Counted from the stretch's first letter, positions 48,392 to 58,274 are shown. The stretch: DNA of 64,000 nucleotides from Candidatus Omnitrophota bacterium (GCA_903820505.1 CAIJHQ010000045.1:79625-143624), one strand, 5' to 3'. The notes: a model not told the origin generated them from the sequence alone. Numbers and translations are program-made.

Positions 48392-49852
48392 TTATTTTTT
48401 CCATCCCAACAATTGGCGCAACGGACCCGATTTCTGCTGCGGGAGCGGCGCGGGATCGTACTCCTCAAAAATAAGATGGAGAATATTATCCAAAAACGTC
48501 ATGTCCTTGGGCATGTCCACATGGTTCGAGAAAAAAAAGACTGAATGCGAGAGAGGCAACTGCTGCCGCACGTTCTCTCCGTTGACCACGACAGCGTGAC
48601 GGCCCAAAACGCTTTCCTTCGTGACGCTCATGTCGCCGTAGCCGAAAAGGGCGTCCTTGGCTTCGGGACGGTCCGTCTTGAACGTGGTCCTCCATGTTCC
48701 TTTCTCATCACGGCCCAGGATCGCCGCCTGCAGGGTTCGCGCGCGGTCCCCTCCGAAGACGATATAGCGGACATTCTTTTTTTCTTCCACCGGATCACCG
48801 GCCCACAAAGCCGCCTGGAATTTTCTGGCGCGGTCCAATACCATTGCGAGATAGCGCCGTTGGGTCGCGAGCTTTTCCTGGAATTTCTTCTGCCCCTCTA
48901 CTTCACCGTTCGCTTTTTTCAGATTTTCAAACGCCTTCGCCTGCGCTTCCGGATTGAAGACGGACCATCCGTAAGTCTCCCAGTTGGCGGGATCATATAG
49001 ATCGATGTCCAAAGGTTTCCCGTCGGGATCGACGAACACTTTCTTCCCTTCGAGCGGCATAAGTTCGTAAAGGGCCGGCATGGAAAAGATCATCTCGGCC
49101 GTGGCGCGACCGACGCTGGGCAGCCAAAGTCCGTTGTGAACGGTCATAAAAGATTCGACGGAACCCGTGTTCGGCGTCCCGAGCATGATGATCTTATTGA
49201 TGTTCCGGGCCCCGGCATAGGTCGGGATCGGCCGGGGATCATCCGAAACATCCGCGCCCCCGTATTTCGCGTAATAGCGCGCCACGAGACCGCCGGCGCT
49301 GTGGCACAACAGAGTGATCTTAAGATCCGGCCGTCCGGTCCTTGTTTTGAAATCTTTGATGGCGCGGTCAAGCACCTGGGCCGCCTCGACAATGTCGCGG
49401 CGCCAGTCCCAGGAATAACCGAACCCGTCCTGACCCTGTCTAAACCCCCCGATCTTGTTAGCCACTTGCGCGATCCGGTCGTTGAGATCCAGTTCCAGGA
49501 CCCCGGGAATATACTTGAATGTCCTGACAACTCCTCCGGCAATGACCTCGTCCTGATCGTCGCGGAGCGTTTTGCCGTCGATCGGAAGCTCCAGTTCCTT
49601 GATCAATCCCTGCAGGACATTCCCGTAGATCACCCTCCCTGTCGTGCGGTCCTTCAGGACCGAAGCCATCATGCCGGGAATGAACACCGTGGCCGGTTTT
49701 TGCGGAAGGGCGCGGTAGCCGGCGTAAAGGTGGTCCAGGGCGGTCTCATTGGCCTGTTGTCTAAGGATACTGGACGAAATACGAACGGCCGCGTAAAGCA
49801 CAAAGAACAGGATCGTGTACTTGACCAGTTTTCTAAAGAATTTGAAGATCAT
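48392..49852 (-). CDS. Alpha/beta-hydrolase lipase/acyltransferase, LCAT/PGAP1-like.
   Basis: N-terminal TM anchor. Nucleophile elbow LLCHSAGGLVARYY (GHSxG variant). 486 aa. Confidence 0.6.
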   Translation of the reverse strand: MIFKFFRKLVKYTILFFVLYAAVRISSSILRQQANETALDHLYAGYRALPQKPATVFIPGMMASVLKDRTTGRVIYGNVLQGLIKELELPIDGKTLRDDQDEVIAGGVVRTFKYIPGVLELDLNDRIAQVANKIGGFRQGQDGFGYSWDWRRDIVEAAQVLDRAIKDFKTRTGRPDLKITLLCHSAGGLVARYYAKYGGADVSDDPRPIPTYAGARNINKIIMLGTPNTGSVESFMTVHNGLWLPSVGRATAEMIFSMPALYELMPLEGKKVFVDPDGKPLDIDLYDPANWETYGWSVFNPEAQAKAFENLKKANGEVEGQKKFQEKLATQRRYLAMVLDRARKFQAALWAGDPVEEKKNVRYIVFGGDRARTLQAAILGRDEKGTWRTTFKTDRPEAKDALFGYGDMSVTKESVLGRHAVVVNGENVRQQLPLSHSVFFFSNHVDMPKDMTFLDNILHLIFEEYDPAPLPQQKSGPLRQLLGWKK

Positions 49853-50016
49853 ACGGAATCCCCTGTTGGTTTACGAAACAAGATCTCACGCACGGTCCCC
49901 ATTGCCGTTCGCTCAGATACGGTCCCCACTTTTTCCGGGGAATCTTCCGTTCACGCGCTTCGGTCAATCGTTTGGATTCTGCAGTATCTTGCGTCGTCAC
50001 AGAACTATTCCTCTCA

Positions 50017-51018
50017 TCATGCCCGCTTGATAAATAAAGCTCTGATCTTGTTCGAAAAATCGGGGTCTTGATCGGCCGTGTGAGCTTTGGCGTTGATCTT
50101 GCTCTGAACACGCAATTCCGGGAACGGTCTTCCCCAGGTCTCCAGGAGCCGGCTTTCATACAGGCGGCGGTCCACCGATCCGGTGAGGATCCGGCGTTTC
50201 CAGAACGGAATGTCAAAAACCTTCGCCCTGATAATGTGATCCCCGAGGGTGTTCGTGCAACTCTGCGTCACGGTATTATAAAATTCCGGTCTTTCGTGGA
50301 GGGCATTGGTCCGCTCAAGCATGCTCAGCAGGAACTTCCGGACCTGGGACGGCTGCAGGATCGACCGGTAAAGATAAACGTCTTCCTTCCTGTAATTGGT
50401 CCGGAGTCGCACAATGTCGCGTTCATCCGCCCACACATAAATGAGCTCGTATTGTTTGAAGAGCCCTTTAAACGCGCCGTAGCTTTCGCCGACTTCAGGC
50501 CGGTATTCGACGGACACCGAGAGATACCGTCCGTCCGAAAAACCGAAGCTGAGGAACACGTGCGCGATCGCGTCCATGCCCCAGTAATTCGCGAAAACGT
50601 CCAGTGTCCGGAGAGCGTTCAGATCGTACTCGCGTGTTTCCCATCGCACGTCGAGATCCTTGAGCGTCCGGTAATCCGCGTTCCGGATATTGTAAAGAGT
50701 GACCTTTTCGCCGCTGAATTCCGCATAGGCGGTCTTTTCTACCTCGGGAGGATAATGGGCGTTCGTCTTTGGCTGGATCTGCCATTCGTAAGCCAGGACA
50801 CACACAAAACCCGCGAGCGGCAGGATCACGGCCCATTTCCTTGACCGCAGGAGCAAGAAGGCGAGAGGAATGCCGGCCGCGTATGAGAAAGCGATAACGT
50901 TCCGGAGCGTCTCAGGTTGGATCGGCGAATAGTAGAGGGCTCCGAAGCTCCAGAGATGAAGAACGATCAAAACAAGCGGCAGACAGACCCAGCGAAAAAT
51001 GAATAAAAATAATCTCAT
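50017..51018 (-). CDS. DUF4105 (Lnb N-terminal-like) domain membrane protein.
   Basis: Two N-terminal TM helices. The soluble part resembles the DUF4105 family (assignment by recollection). Confidence 0.5.
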   Translation of the reverse strand: MRLFLFIFRWVCLPLVLIVLHLWSFGALYYSPIQPETLRNVIAFSYAAGIPLAFLLLRSRKWAVILPLAGFVCVLAYEWQIQPKTNAHYPPEVEKTAYAEFSGEKVTLYNIRNADYRTLKDLDVRWETREYDLNALRTLDVFANYWGMDAIAHVFLSFGFSDGRYLSVSVEYRPEVGESYGAFKGLFKQYELIYVWADERDIVRLRTNYRKEDVYLYRSILQPSQVRKFLLSMLERTNALHERPEFYNTVTQSCTNTLGDHIIRAKVFDIPFWKRRILTGSVDRRLYESRLLETWGRPFPELRVQSKINAKAHTADQDPDFSNKIRALFIKRA

Positions 51019-51197
51019 AAAATCCGCTCTGGAGAGAAAACAGCCGTCAAAATCACTGTCGAATACCTCTTATTTTACAGCATTGATATAAGTCGTCAGG
51101 CCCTATAACCCGGGAGGAAGGAGGATTATAGGGAATTCATGCAGTCCCCGCAATGAAGTAAATATCGGCCGAAAAACTAGCCCGAAAGGGAAAATAG

Positions 51198-52337
51198 CTA
51201 TGACTTTCTTATGCTGATATCCAGCATCGTGAAGTCGTCTTTGAACCGTATCAGGTTCGAGAACAACAGCAGCTGTTTCTCGATCTCGCTGAAAGGAACG
51301 GCCGCATTCGGCCAGTCATTCTTCTTAAAAATGGCGATAAGCTCGTCCACACCGAGCATCTTGCCGTCCGCGCCCGCGATCTCATAAAGCGCGTCCGAAA
51401 ACAGCACGACATGGTCCCCCGGAGACAGCTCCACGGAAACTTCCCCGAATTCCGCTTGTTCGATGCAGCCAAGCAGCATCCCCTTCAGCGGCACCTTTTC
51501 ATAGGTCCCGGAATTCGCACGATAAATAACAGGAGGCGGCCCGCCCGCGCTGACCATCCGCAAGTTTCCTTTTTTAACGTCGAGAAAGCCGCAAACCACG
51601 GCCGCAAACGTGCCTCCTCCCTGGATCAGGCGGTACAAGCGTTTGTTCAAGGCCTGCACCACCGTTTGAGGGTCCGCATCCAGACGCCTCCGTTCCTGCC
51701 AAAGGGAGTTAAGGTACATCGTGTAAAGCGCCGACGGGATCCCGTGACCGACGATATCGGCCAGGATGAACGCGTAACGGTCCTTGCTCAAGCGGCTCAC
51801 GGTGTAATAATCGCCCCCGATGATGTCGCAGGGAGCGTAATGCACGGCAACAGCAAGCCGGGGATCATCCGAAGCCTCGTTCACAAGGCATTGTTCCTGG
51901 ATCTGCTTCACCCTTTGAATATCACGATGCTCGAGCGACAGGTCCTGAAACGTCTCCACGCCTCCGATGACCTCCCCTTTGTCGTCATAAACGGGCGCGA
52001 CGCTGACCCTCATCGGGATCCGCCTTCCGTTCTTTGAATTGGCGAACACCATCACGGGGACCGTACTTCCCTGACGGGTGACCATGGCCCGGTGGAGCGG
52101 ACAGAATTCTTCCCCGCAAAGCTGCCGGCCGTCCTTATCAATATGGGACAAAAACTCGTCGAAACAGCCCTTGCCGAGAGCCTCTTCCCGGGACCAACCC
52201 GTGATCTGCTCGGCGGCCTTGTTCCAATAAATGATCTTCCGGTCCTTGTCGGTCACGTAAAGACCCGCGTTGATCGAGTCAATAACGTGTTGAGCGTCCA
52301 ATTCCGCGTGAGATCCCATCTTTTCTTCCTTTTTCAT
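51198..52337 (-). CDS. PAS-domain protein phosphatase, PP2C/SpoIIE type (RsbU/RsbP-like).
   Basis: N-terminal PAS (VIDSINAGLYVTDKDRKIIYWNKAAEQITGW). C-terminal PP2C motifs: GGDYY, ILADIVGHG and FSDALYE. Confidence 0.8.
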   Translation of the reverse strand: MKKEEKMGSHAELDAQHVIDSINAGLYVTDKDRKIIYWNKAAEQITGWSREEALGKGCFDEFLSHIDKDGRQLCGEEFCPLHRAMVTRQGSTVPVMVFANSKNGRRIPMRVSVAPVYDDKGEVIGGVETFQDLSLEHRDIQRVKQIQEQCLVNEASDDPRLAVAVHYAPCDIIGGDYYTVSRLSKDRYAFILADIVGHGIPSALYTMYLNSLWQERRRLDADPQTVVQALNKRLYRLIQGGGTFAAVVCGFLDVKKGNLRMVSAGGPPPVIYRANSGTYEKVPLKGMLLGCIEQAEFGEVSVELSPGDHVVLFSDALYEIAGADGKMLGVDELIAIFKKNDWPNAAVPFSEIEKQLLLFSNLIRFKDDFTMLDISIRKS

Positions 52338-52429
52338 ATTCTAAATAAGAAACAATGATCGCAATTGAGATCGCAGCGTGCGCCAATGGGTTCGGCGAGC
52401 ACGTGGATCCCTGGCATTGCCGGAACCAT

Positions 52430-54589
52430 CTACGCTTCTTTTTTCTTCAGCTCAAGATCTGAGGATTTCAAATGCAGGTCCCTTTGAGGGAACGGTATCG
52501 AGATCCCCTTTTCATTGAACCGGTTATGGATCGCAAAGTTGATCTCACTTTTAACGATCATCCGGTCGTCCACATCGACCCAGTAAAGAAGCCGGAAAAG
52601 AAGCGCGCTGTCCGCGAATTCCTCGAAAACAACCATCGGCTCCGGCCGGGACATGATCTTTTTATTGGCCCGGGCGATCTCAAGGAGGGTTTCCTTGACC
52701 AGCCCGGCATCCGAACCGTAGGCCACGCCTACGCGGGATTCCGTGCGGACAATGCGGTCGGAATGGCTCCAGTTCACGACGCGGTTCGTCAGGAATTCGG
52801 AATTCGGCACCACGATCGAAATGTTATCGAACGTGTTCACGATGGTGCTGCGTGTTCTTATGGATTTCACGACGCCGGGAACCCCTCCGACCTCCACGAC
52901 GTCCCCCATCCGGATCGGGCGTTCGAAAAAGATGACGAACCCGCTGAAGACATTCTTCACGATCTCCTGCAAACCGAACCCGATCCCGATCCCGAGAGTC
53001 CCGGTAAAAACCGTCAAGACGCCCAGGTCGATCCCGAGCATCTGAATGCCCGCCATGGCCCCGATCACGAGACACGCGAACTGGACCACCGTCTTGATCG
53101 CATGCTGGCTGTTCTTATCGAGCGAACTTTTGGGATAGACGCGTCCCTTGAGGATCCCGTTCAGAAAACGGGCGGCCACATAGAAAAGCCAAAAGACCAG
53201 GACCGACCGGGTCAGGACCCAAACCGAGATCTTGATCTTTTCGGATTGGAAAAGAGGCGTGTTGACGATCCCGAGTATCCATCCGACCACTTCCGGCCTC
53301 AGCGCCCAATAGTCCAGGATCTGATAAAAAATAGCGCAGAAGATCAGCCACATCAGGACGGTGCGTACGAGCAGAAATACGGACGAGGTTTGTTTGATCT
53401 CGGTTTGGGTCGCCTTCGCGATCTTCTGGAGGAGGCTCATGACAAGCGACTCCACAAGCCCTTTGACGATCACAAAAAGAACCAGTCCGAACGCAATGTT
53501 CATGTAAACAAGCCCCAGAACGATCGCAGCCGCACGGAATCCGAAAAGGTTGAGAATTCCCCAACCCAAGAAGGCTACGAATCCCAGACACCAAAGGAAC
53601 CTCGCCCAAGCCAGGAACCCTTCCCGGTTCAGGTAGGAAGGGAGCGAACGGATCGCGGTCTCCAAGCGCCGACGCGACAGCAGGCCTCCCGCTAAAAGGA
53701 CCGAACCGAACAATGCGAATGCGGTCTCCCTGGGACCATAAGGATGAGGCTTCCGGTCCATGACCTTTTCTCTGGCGACATCCCTTCGACGCAATCTTAT
53801 CAGCCGGTCGAATTCCTGAAGCGCGGCAAGCCTGAACTCCAGATAATTCAGGCGTTCCTCAAGAAGCGACTTTATGCCCTGGAACACTTTTAAACGCTCC
53901 TCCGCGAGCGTCACTGTTTCCTGAATGCTCGCCCGCTCGTCGTCGTGTGCAGCCGCTAAAAGGACTTTCTTCGCGGAAAGATACTTCTCCTCGATCTGGA
54001 TCCTGGAAGATACGGTATCGATCTCATTATTCACGGCCCCTTTCTCGGCAAGCCGTGCCGTCCTTCTCCGTTCCATCTCTCTAAGCTGTCCCGTGATGAC
54101 AAAAAAAGAAGCGTCTTCGGAAAATACGTTCATAAGAAGGAACTGGATCTTGGCATGGGACGCGTTTTCGGCCTGGATCTTTTCCTGAAGAAAAGCCGAC
54201 CTTTTTTCGATAAGTTCTTTTTTCCTCGCAGCCAGTCCGATCTTGGTCTTCAGGATGAACTCCGGATCGTAGAAACCGGCAACCGTCCCTTCCACCGCCG
54301 AGGATTCTTGGGTCAGCGCCTTTTGTTCCGCGTCGATCTTCTGGAGATCCTTGGCGATTTGGCTGGCCTGGGTGTCATAACTGACCTTTTTCCCCGCGAG
54401 GAGCTTTTCGGTGACTTGTTCGAGGATGACGGGCTGCGGTTCTTTATCCTTTTCACTGCCGGCCGTGCCCTGCGGGGCCGCGCCACTGTCGCCGGCCGGC
54501 GCATCGTCTTTTGCGCATATGGGAAACGCGAAGATCGTCATAAAATAAAAAAACGAAAGACAAGTCAGGGCGCAAGCGGTTTTCTTCAT
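52430..54589 (-). CDS. Mechanosensitive channel, MscK/KefA-like (MscS family with a long periplasmic N-terminal domain).
   Basis: Signal peptide, then a ~300 aa coiled-coil-rich region, then ~8 TM helices, then the MscS core (IRMGDVVEVGGVPGVVKSIRTRSTIVNTFDNISIVVPNSEF). The start is placed at ATG 54589, which overlaps the upstream lipoprotein stop (ATGA). Confidence 0.8.
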   Translation of the reverse strand: MKKTACALTCLSFFYFMTIFAFPICAKDDAPAGDSGAAPQGTAGSEKDKEPQPVILEQVTEKLLAGKKVSYDTQASQIAKDLQKIDAEQKALTQESSAVEGTVAGFYDPEFILKTKIGLAARKKELIEKRSAFLQEKIQAENASHAKIQFLLMNVFSEDASFFVITGQLREMERRRTARLAEKGAVNNEIDTVSSRIQIEEKYLSAKKVLLAAAHDDERASIQETVTLAEERLKVFQGIKSLLEERLNYLEFRLAALQEFDRLIRLRRRDVAREKVMDRKPHPYGPRETAFALFGSVLLAGGLLSRRRLETAIRSLPSYLNREGFLAWARFLWCLGFVAFLGWGILNLFGFRAAAIVLGLVYMNIAFGLVLFVIVKGLVESLVMSLLQKIAKATQTEIKQTSSVFLLVRTVLMWLIFCAIFYQILDYWALRPEVVGWILGIVNTPLFQSEKIKISVWVLTRSVLVFWLFYVAARFLNGILKGRVYPKSSLDKNSQHAIKTVVQFACLVIGAMAGIQMLGIDLGVLTVFTGTLGIGIGFGLQEIVKNVFSGFVIFFERPIRMGDVVEVGGVPGVVKSIRTRSTIVNTFDNISIVVPNSEFLTNRVVNWSHSDRIVRTESRVGVAYGSDAGLVKETLLEIARANKKIMSRPEPMVVFEEFADSALLFRLLYWVDVDDRMIVKSEINFAIHNRFNEKGISIPFPQRDLHLKSSDLELKKKEA

Positions 54590-55824
54590 GTAAAACTTCT
54601 CTCTGATGCGCATTGTTTAAGTTTCACTTCGACATCCTCCAACTGCGTCCGCATGTATCCGCAGTATGCCTTCCGGAACGGGTCTCGGGCCCCCTCACCG
54701 GCACAAGCGCCGGTCAAGGCGTTATTATACCGTTCCCCAAAATATCGCAAATTACTTTCGATGTCCGTGAAACGTTTATCGGTGACCATGCCGCGGACCC
54801 GCTCCCACTTATTTCCCGTGAACGGCTGGTCCAATAAATAAGTGGTGAACTGTTTTTCATAAAGCTCGTTCGTCTCATGGACCGGGATCACGCTTAAAAG
54901 CGCTCCGTGACGTGCGGGCAGCCAGCCGTCCTCCAAAAGCGACTTCTTCATGACCTTGTCCCGTTTGATCTTCCCTTCATTTTCCAGGGGATACGCCCCC
55001 GTCAGGAAAGCGAGGTCCGCGAACTCATTGGCCGGCACCGCGAGATTCGAGAAAAAATCCAGAGGGACCTTTTTCACCTGTTTTGTCTTCCAGACCCCCG
55101 CCGCGGCAAGGGCGTTGTGCGCGGTATGGGCGCAATTATCGAAATACCCGCTCCATTCATAGGGGGTTTTTCCCGTCGCGTACTTGCGGTTGAGGTCGTT
55201 GAGGAAAGAAACGGTCCTTTCAAGCATCGGACGCGTCACGGGAAGTTTCACGCAAAAAAAAGAGCGGCCGAACGTAAGGGCGTAATCCGTGGAAACCGTT
55301 TCCCTCGCGATGAATTCACTCTCGGACATCCCGGAGGGCTTTTTCTTCAAATATTCCGCGTGAAATCTGATCCCTTTGAAAAGCCCGAGCTTTTCCGCTT
55401 TCCGGACGGCCGAATCCAGATGGGGCTGGTCAAGAGCCTGATCCCGCTCCAGATCGCCGTAGAAGAAAAATTTCCTCCCGGGCACGGCGACCCAATTGGC
55501 CGTCTCGAACATCTTATCCACGCTGATCCCAACGCCGGCCTCGGGATCCTTAAGATCGACGGACCCTTCCTCGCAAACCTTGATCTGAGGATAAGGCGCT
55601 GACTCATCCCGGCAAACGCCCTTCAGATAGAGGACGGCATGCCCGTGTCTCCCGCCCGCTTCCTTCCCGAACGGCACGACCCGGCTTGCCCCGCAGAACT
55701 CGATAGAGTAGGGATAAACCGAGTCGTAAGCCGGTCCTTGTTCGACCCGGACATTCAGGGTGGGCCGTGTGATCGTACAGCTCGCAAAGACCAGGAGCAA
55801 CAGAACACAAAAAAACTTCCTCAA
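54586..55824 (-). CDS. Hypothetical lipoprotein of 412 aa.
   Basis: Lipobox LLLVFASC. No family recognised. Translationally coupled to the MscK-like gene. Confidence 0.5.
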   Translation of the reverse strand: MRKFFCVLLLLVFASCTITRPTLNVRVEQGPAYDSVYPYSIEFCGASRVVPFGKEAGGRHGHAVLYLKGVCRDESAPYPQIKVCEEGSVDLKDPEAGVGISVDKMFETANWVAVPGRKFFFYGDLERDQALDQPHLDSAVRKAEKLGLFKGIRFHAEYLKKKPSGMSESEFIARETVSTDYALTFGRSFFCVKLPVTRPMLERTVSFLNDLNRKYATGKTPYEWSGYFDNCAHTAHNALAAAGVWKTKQVKKVPLDFFSNLAVPANEFADLAFLTGAYPLENEGKIKRDKVMKKSLLEDGWLPARHGALLSVIPVHETNELYEKQFTTYLLDQPFTGNKWERVRGMVTDKRFTDIESNLRYFGERYNNALTGACAGEGARDPFRKAYCGYMRTQLEDVEVKLKQCASERSFT

Positions 55825-55983
55825 AAAGCCCCCTCTTTCGATCTTTCAAAGAATATTTCGTAACGTTCTTTTTTCATGGCCTGGCAGTAGATCCCTCGCA
55901 GTTGGTCCCCGGACGGATCATAGGTCAATGTATAATTCGAACGCGGATAATTGACGTCCTGTAGTCCGACAAACATTTTCATG
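55821..55983 (-). CDS. Small ORF (~53 aa). It may be the C-terminal part of a frameshifted gene.
   Basis: ATG at ~55983 (MKMFVGLQDVNYP...). Its reading frame is +1 relative to the upstream small ORF that ends at 56065. Confidence 0.2.
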
Positions 55984-56064
55984 ATCCTACCTTTTTGTGA
56001 ATCTTTTGCTTTTTCTTCGCGGCTCGGACCGGGGCTGAAGTATCCCGCTTCCGGTTTACCGTCG

Positions 56065-56274
56065 TTATTCACCAACTTGATCCGGATAAAGCAGGATCCC
56101 CTGAAAGGACCCTTTTGCCTCTGCACGAAGCTCGCCGAACTTTTCCGCCGAAGCCTGGTTAAGATAGAATTGCTCGGGACTCATCGCCGGCTTTTGTGCG
56201 GCAAGCAGGGGCTGGTTCGCGATACCGAAAACGAACACAACCCCAGCGGCCAGTAATTTCCCAATCCTCATCAT
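56065..56274 (-). CDS. Small secreted protein (~69 aa).
   Basis: MMRIGKLLAAGVVFVFGIANQPLLAAQ is a signal peptide. The ORF track extends upstream to 56421, which I consider unlikely. Confidence 0.35.
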   Translation of the reverse strand: MMRIGKLLAAGVVFVFGIANQPLLAAQKPAMSPEQFYLNQASAEKFGELRAEAKGSFQGILLYPDQVGE

Positions 56275-56377
56275 GCAGAAGGACCCTTCTGTTGTCTGCG
56301 GTCGGTTTTGGCAGGGCGCGCTATATAAACGGCACATCACTCTGTCGTTTTCAAAATACTGCCGGTAACCTGCTGCT

Positions 56378-56839
56378 CTAGGCGCCCGGTTTCTGCCCGG
56401 AAAGGTTCTCACTGCCCGCACTCTCCACCATCTTTTGGCAGGTCTCGGAGACCTGAGTCTTGTTCTGCTTCAGGCACGCGAGAATACGCCCCTCACCGAT
56501 CGCAACCGTAGAACACAGTTTTTCAATATCGGCTTGGCAGGCCCCGGCAAATTCATCCAGCTTTTCACCGGCCTTCCGGAACTCATCGGCGGAATCATAG
56601 AGCGCGTTCTCACACGGCCGGGAAAGTTTGTCGTTATGTGCGTAAATACAGGCCAGCCCGCGTCCCTCGCCCGGCGTCACCGTCTGGCAGTAAGTCTCGA
56701 GCTCCGTCTTGCACGCCGTTTCAAACTGGTTGATCTGCTTTTCAACGAATTTTTCAACCGGGCCTTCTGCCGCGAACACGGAATATCCCGCGAAAATGAC
56801 AAACACAAGAACTCCGACGAACGCCATTGTCTTTTTCAT
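56378..56839 (-). CDS. Secreted protein with two tandem Cys-rich repeats.
   Basis: Signal peptide MKKTMAFVGVLVFVIFAGYSVFA. Two ~45-aa repeats each follow the pattern C-x7-C-x8-GEGR-x-LAC-x11/12-C. Confidence 0.55.
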   Translation of the reverse strand: MKKTMAFVGVLVFVIFAGYSVFAAEGPVEKFVEKQINQFETACKTELETYCQTVTPGEGRGLACIYAHNDKLSRPCENALYDSADEFRKAGEKLDEFAGACQADIEKLCSTVAIGEGRILACLKQNKTQVSETCQKMVESAGSENLSGQKPGA

Positions 56840-56868
56840 GATCCTCTCCTTGTTTGATCGTTGATGAA

Positions 56869-57507
56869 TTACCTCTTGGAGACCAACTCTTTCAGGTCAT
56901 TCTCGAACTCCGCCAGGATCCCGCACAATTCCTTGTTCCAGCTCTCCGCAAGGCTCTGGGGAGAAATGCGGTCCATAGGCATCTCCCGGCTGTAGACCTT
57001 CTGAAAAACCACTTCCGACGAGTCCTGCCCGGCCTCACTGACCGTCAGTTTCATACGCAAGACCGCTTTCGGGGCGTTCGGGTCGCGGTAATCGCCGTAG
57101 AGGTCCGTCAAAGTCCCGTCCACACAATAGCATGGGCTGGCCGTCTCGCCGGGTTTCAACACGAACCGGACAAGCGGCGAGCCCTTGAGCCACGCAGCCG
57201 CCTGATCGCGGATCAGCTCCGCCGGAGCCGCCACGAACTGGTTATAAAAATCGGATTCATAGACTGCTTCTCCGGTCCGGTAAGCCAGGTAGCGGTCCGC
57301 GGACTGCGGTGCCGCGGAAAAAGCGTTCATCCTCAGCGAAACAGGCGTTCCGGAGTAATCCCCGTGGGCTTGAGAACTCACGTCCAGGGAGTAGGTCCTG
57401 ACATCCGGGTAACTCCGGTTGAGCCGGACGCAGCCGGCGGTCAAAGAGCAGATGCCCGCGATCGCAAGGAACGCGGAAAGTAGTTTGAAGGGATCGTTCT
57501 TTTTCAT
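56869..57507 (-). CDS. ABC-transport auxiliary lipoprotein (PqiC/YmbA-like, DUF330).
   Basis: Lipobox LTAGC. About 190 aa mature. Sits immediately downstream of MCE, ATPase and permease genes. Confidence 0.6.
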   Translation of the reverse strand: MKKNDPFKLLSAFLAIAGICSLTAGCVRLNRSYPDVRTYSLDVSSQAHGDYSGTPVSLRMNAFSAAPQSADRYLAYRTGEAVYESDFYNQFVAAPAELIRDQAAAWLKGSPLVRFVLKPGETASPCYCVDGTLTDLYGDYRDPNAPKAVLRMKLTVSEAGQDSSEVVFQKVYSREMPMDRISPQSLAESWNKELCGILAEFENDLKELVSKR

Positions 57508-58274
57508 CGGTCAAACCTCGATTTGGGTGGCGCCTCGCCAAGGATCATTTGCGAAGGATATTTTTTTCCCGTTGAAGTGATGTCTTCGATATTTTTGGCA
57601 ATGACCTCCACGCGCGGCAGGACGGCGTCCAGTTTAATCACAAGCGACGGCATTTCCCGCGAGGCTTTGTTCATGTTCTCGATCATGGGATAGATATCGC
57701 TGTCCATTTTGTTCAACAACTTATCCATCGAGTCATTGAACCGGCTGGCCACGCTCGGCGCGGACGGGATATAAAGGTCCTTGGGGTCCCACGAGATCTT
57801 CATCGGCGGCGGGACCTCTTTGGGGTCCGCGAACCCGAGTTCCAGATAAACAAGCCCCGTGATCCCGATCCCGATCATCTTCGCCCTGAGGGTGTACTTC
57901 GCGACCATGATATCCAGTAGCTCCTGGGCCTCGTCCACGCTTTTGTCCTTAAATCGCGGAAAATATTTCTTTTCGACCTCGAACTTGACCCCGATCATGT
58001 TGTAATGCGCCGCCGTGTTCTCGAGCGACTGGTCTTTGCCGTACTCATCCTTGATGAATACGATCTCGCGCACCTTGCCGATCTTGACGCCGTTGAACTT
58101 CACGGGCGCCCCGACGTCCAACCCCTGGACCGACTGCGCGAAATAAGTCTCGCAGAGCAGCGGCGGCGCCTGAAAAGCGGAGCCCGCACCGAACAGGATC
58201 AGCCCGGCGCACAAAAGTACCAGGGAGATCAGGGTAAAGAGACCAATCTTAAAATACCGCGTTTTCTCGCTCAT
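57504..58274 (-). CDS. MCE-domain protein (MlaD-like).
   Basis: N-terminal TM anchor followed by an MCE domain (VKFNGVKIGKVREI). The start is taken at the internal ATG (MSEKTRYF). Confidence 0.8.
   Translation of the reverse strand: MSEKTRYFKIGLFTLISLVLLCAGLILFGAGSAFQAPPLLCETYFAQSVQGLDVGAPVKFNGVKIGKVREIVFIKDEYGKDQSLENTAAHYNMIGVKFEVEKKYFPRFKDKSVDEAQELLDIMVAKYTLRAKMIGIGITGLVYLELGFADPKEVPPPMKISWDPKDLYIPSAPSVASRFNDSMDKLLNKMDSDIYPMIENMNKASREMPSLVIKLDAVLPRVEVIAKNIEDITSTGKKYPSQMILGEAPPKSRFDR

Noticed and set aside
51221-51237. The ATGCTG-ATATC-CAGCAT palindrome.
   Set aside because: It lies inside the 3' coding end of the PAS-PP2C gene and is only 6 bp long, so it is likely coincidental.
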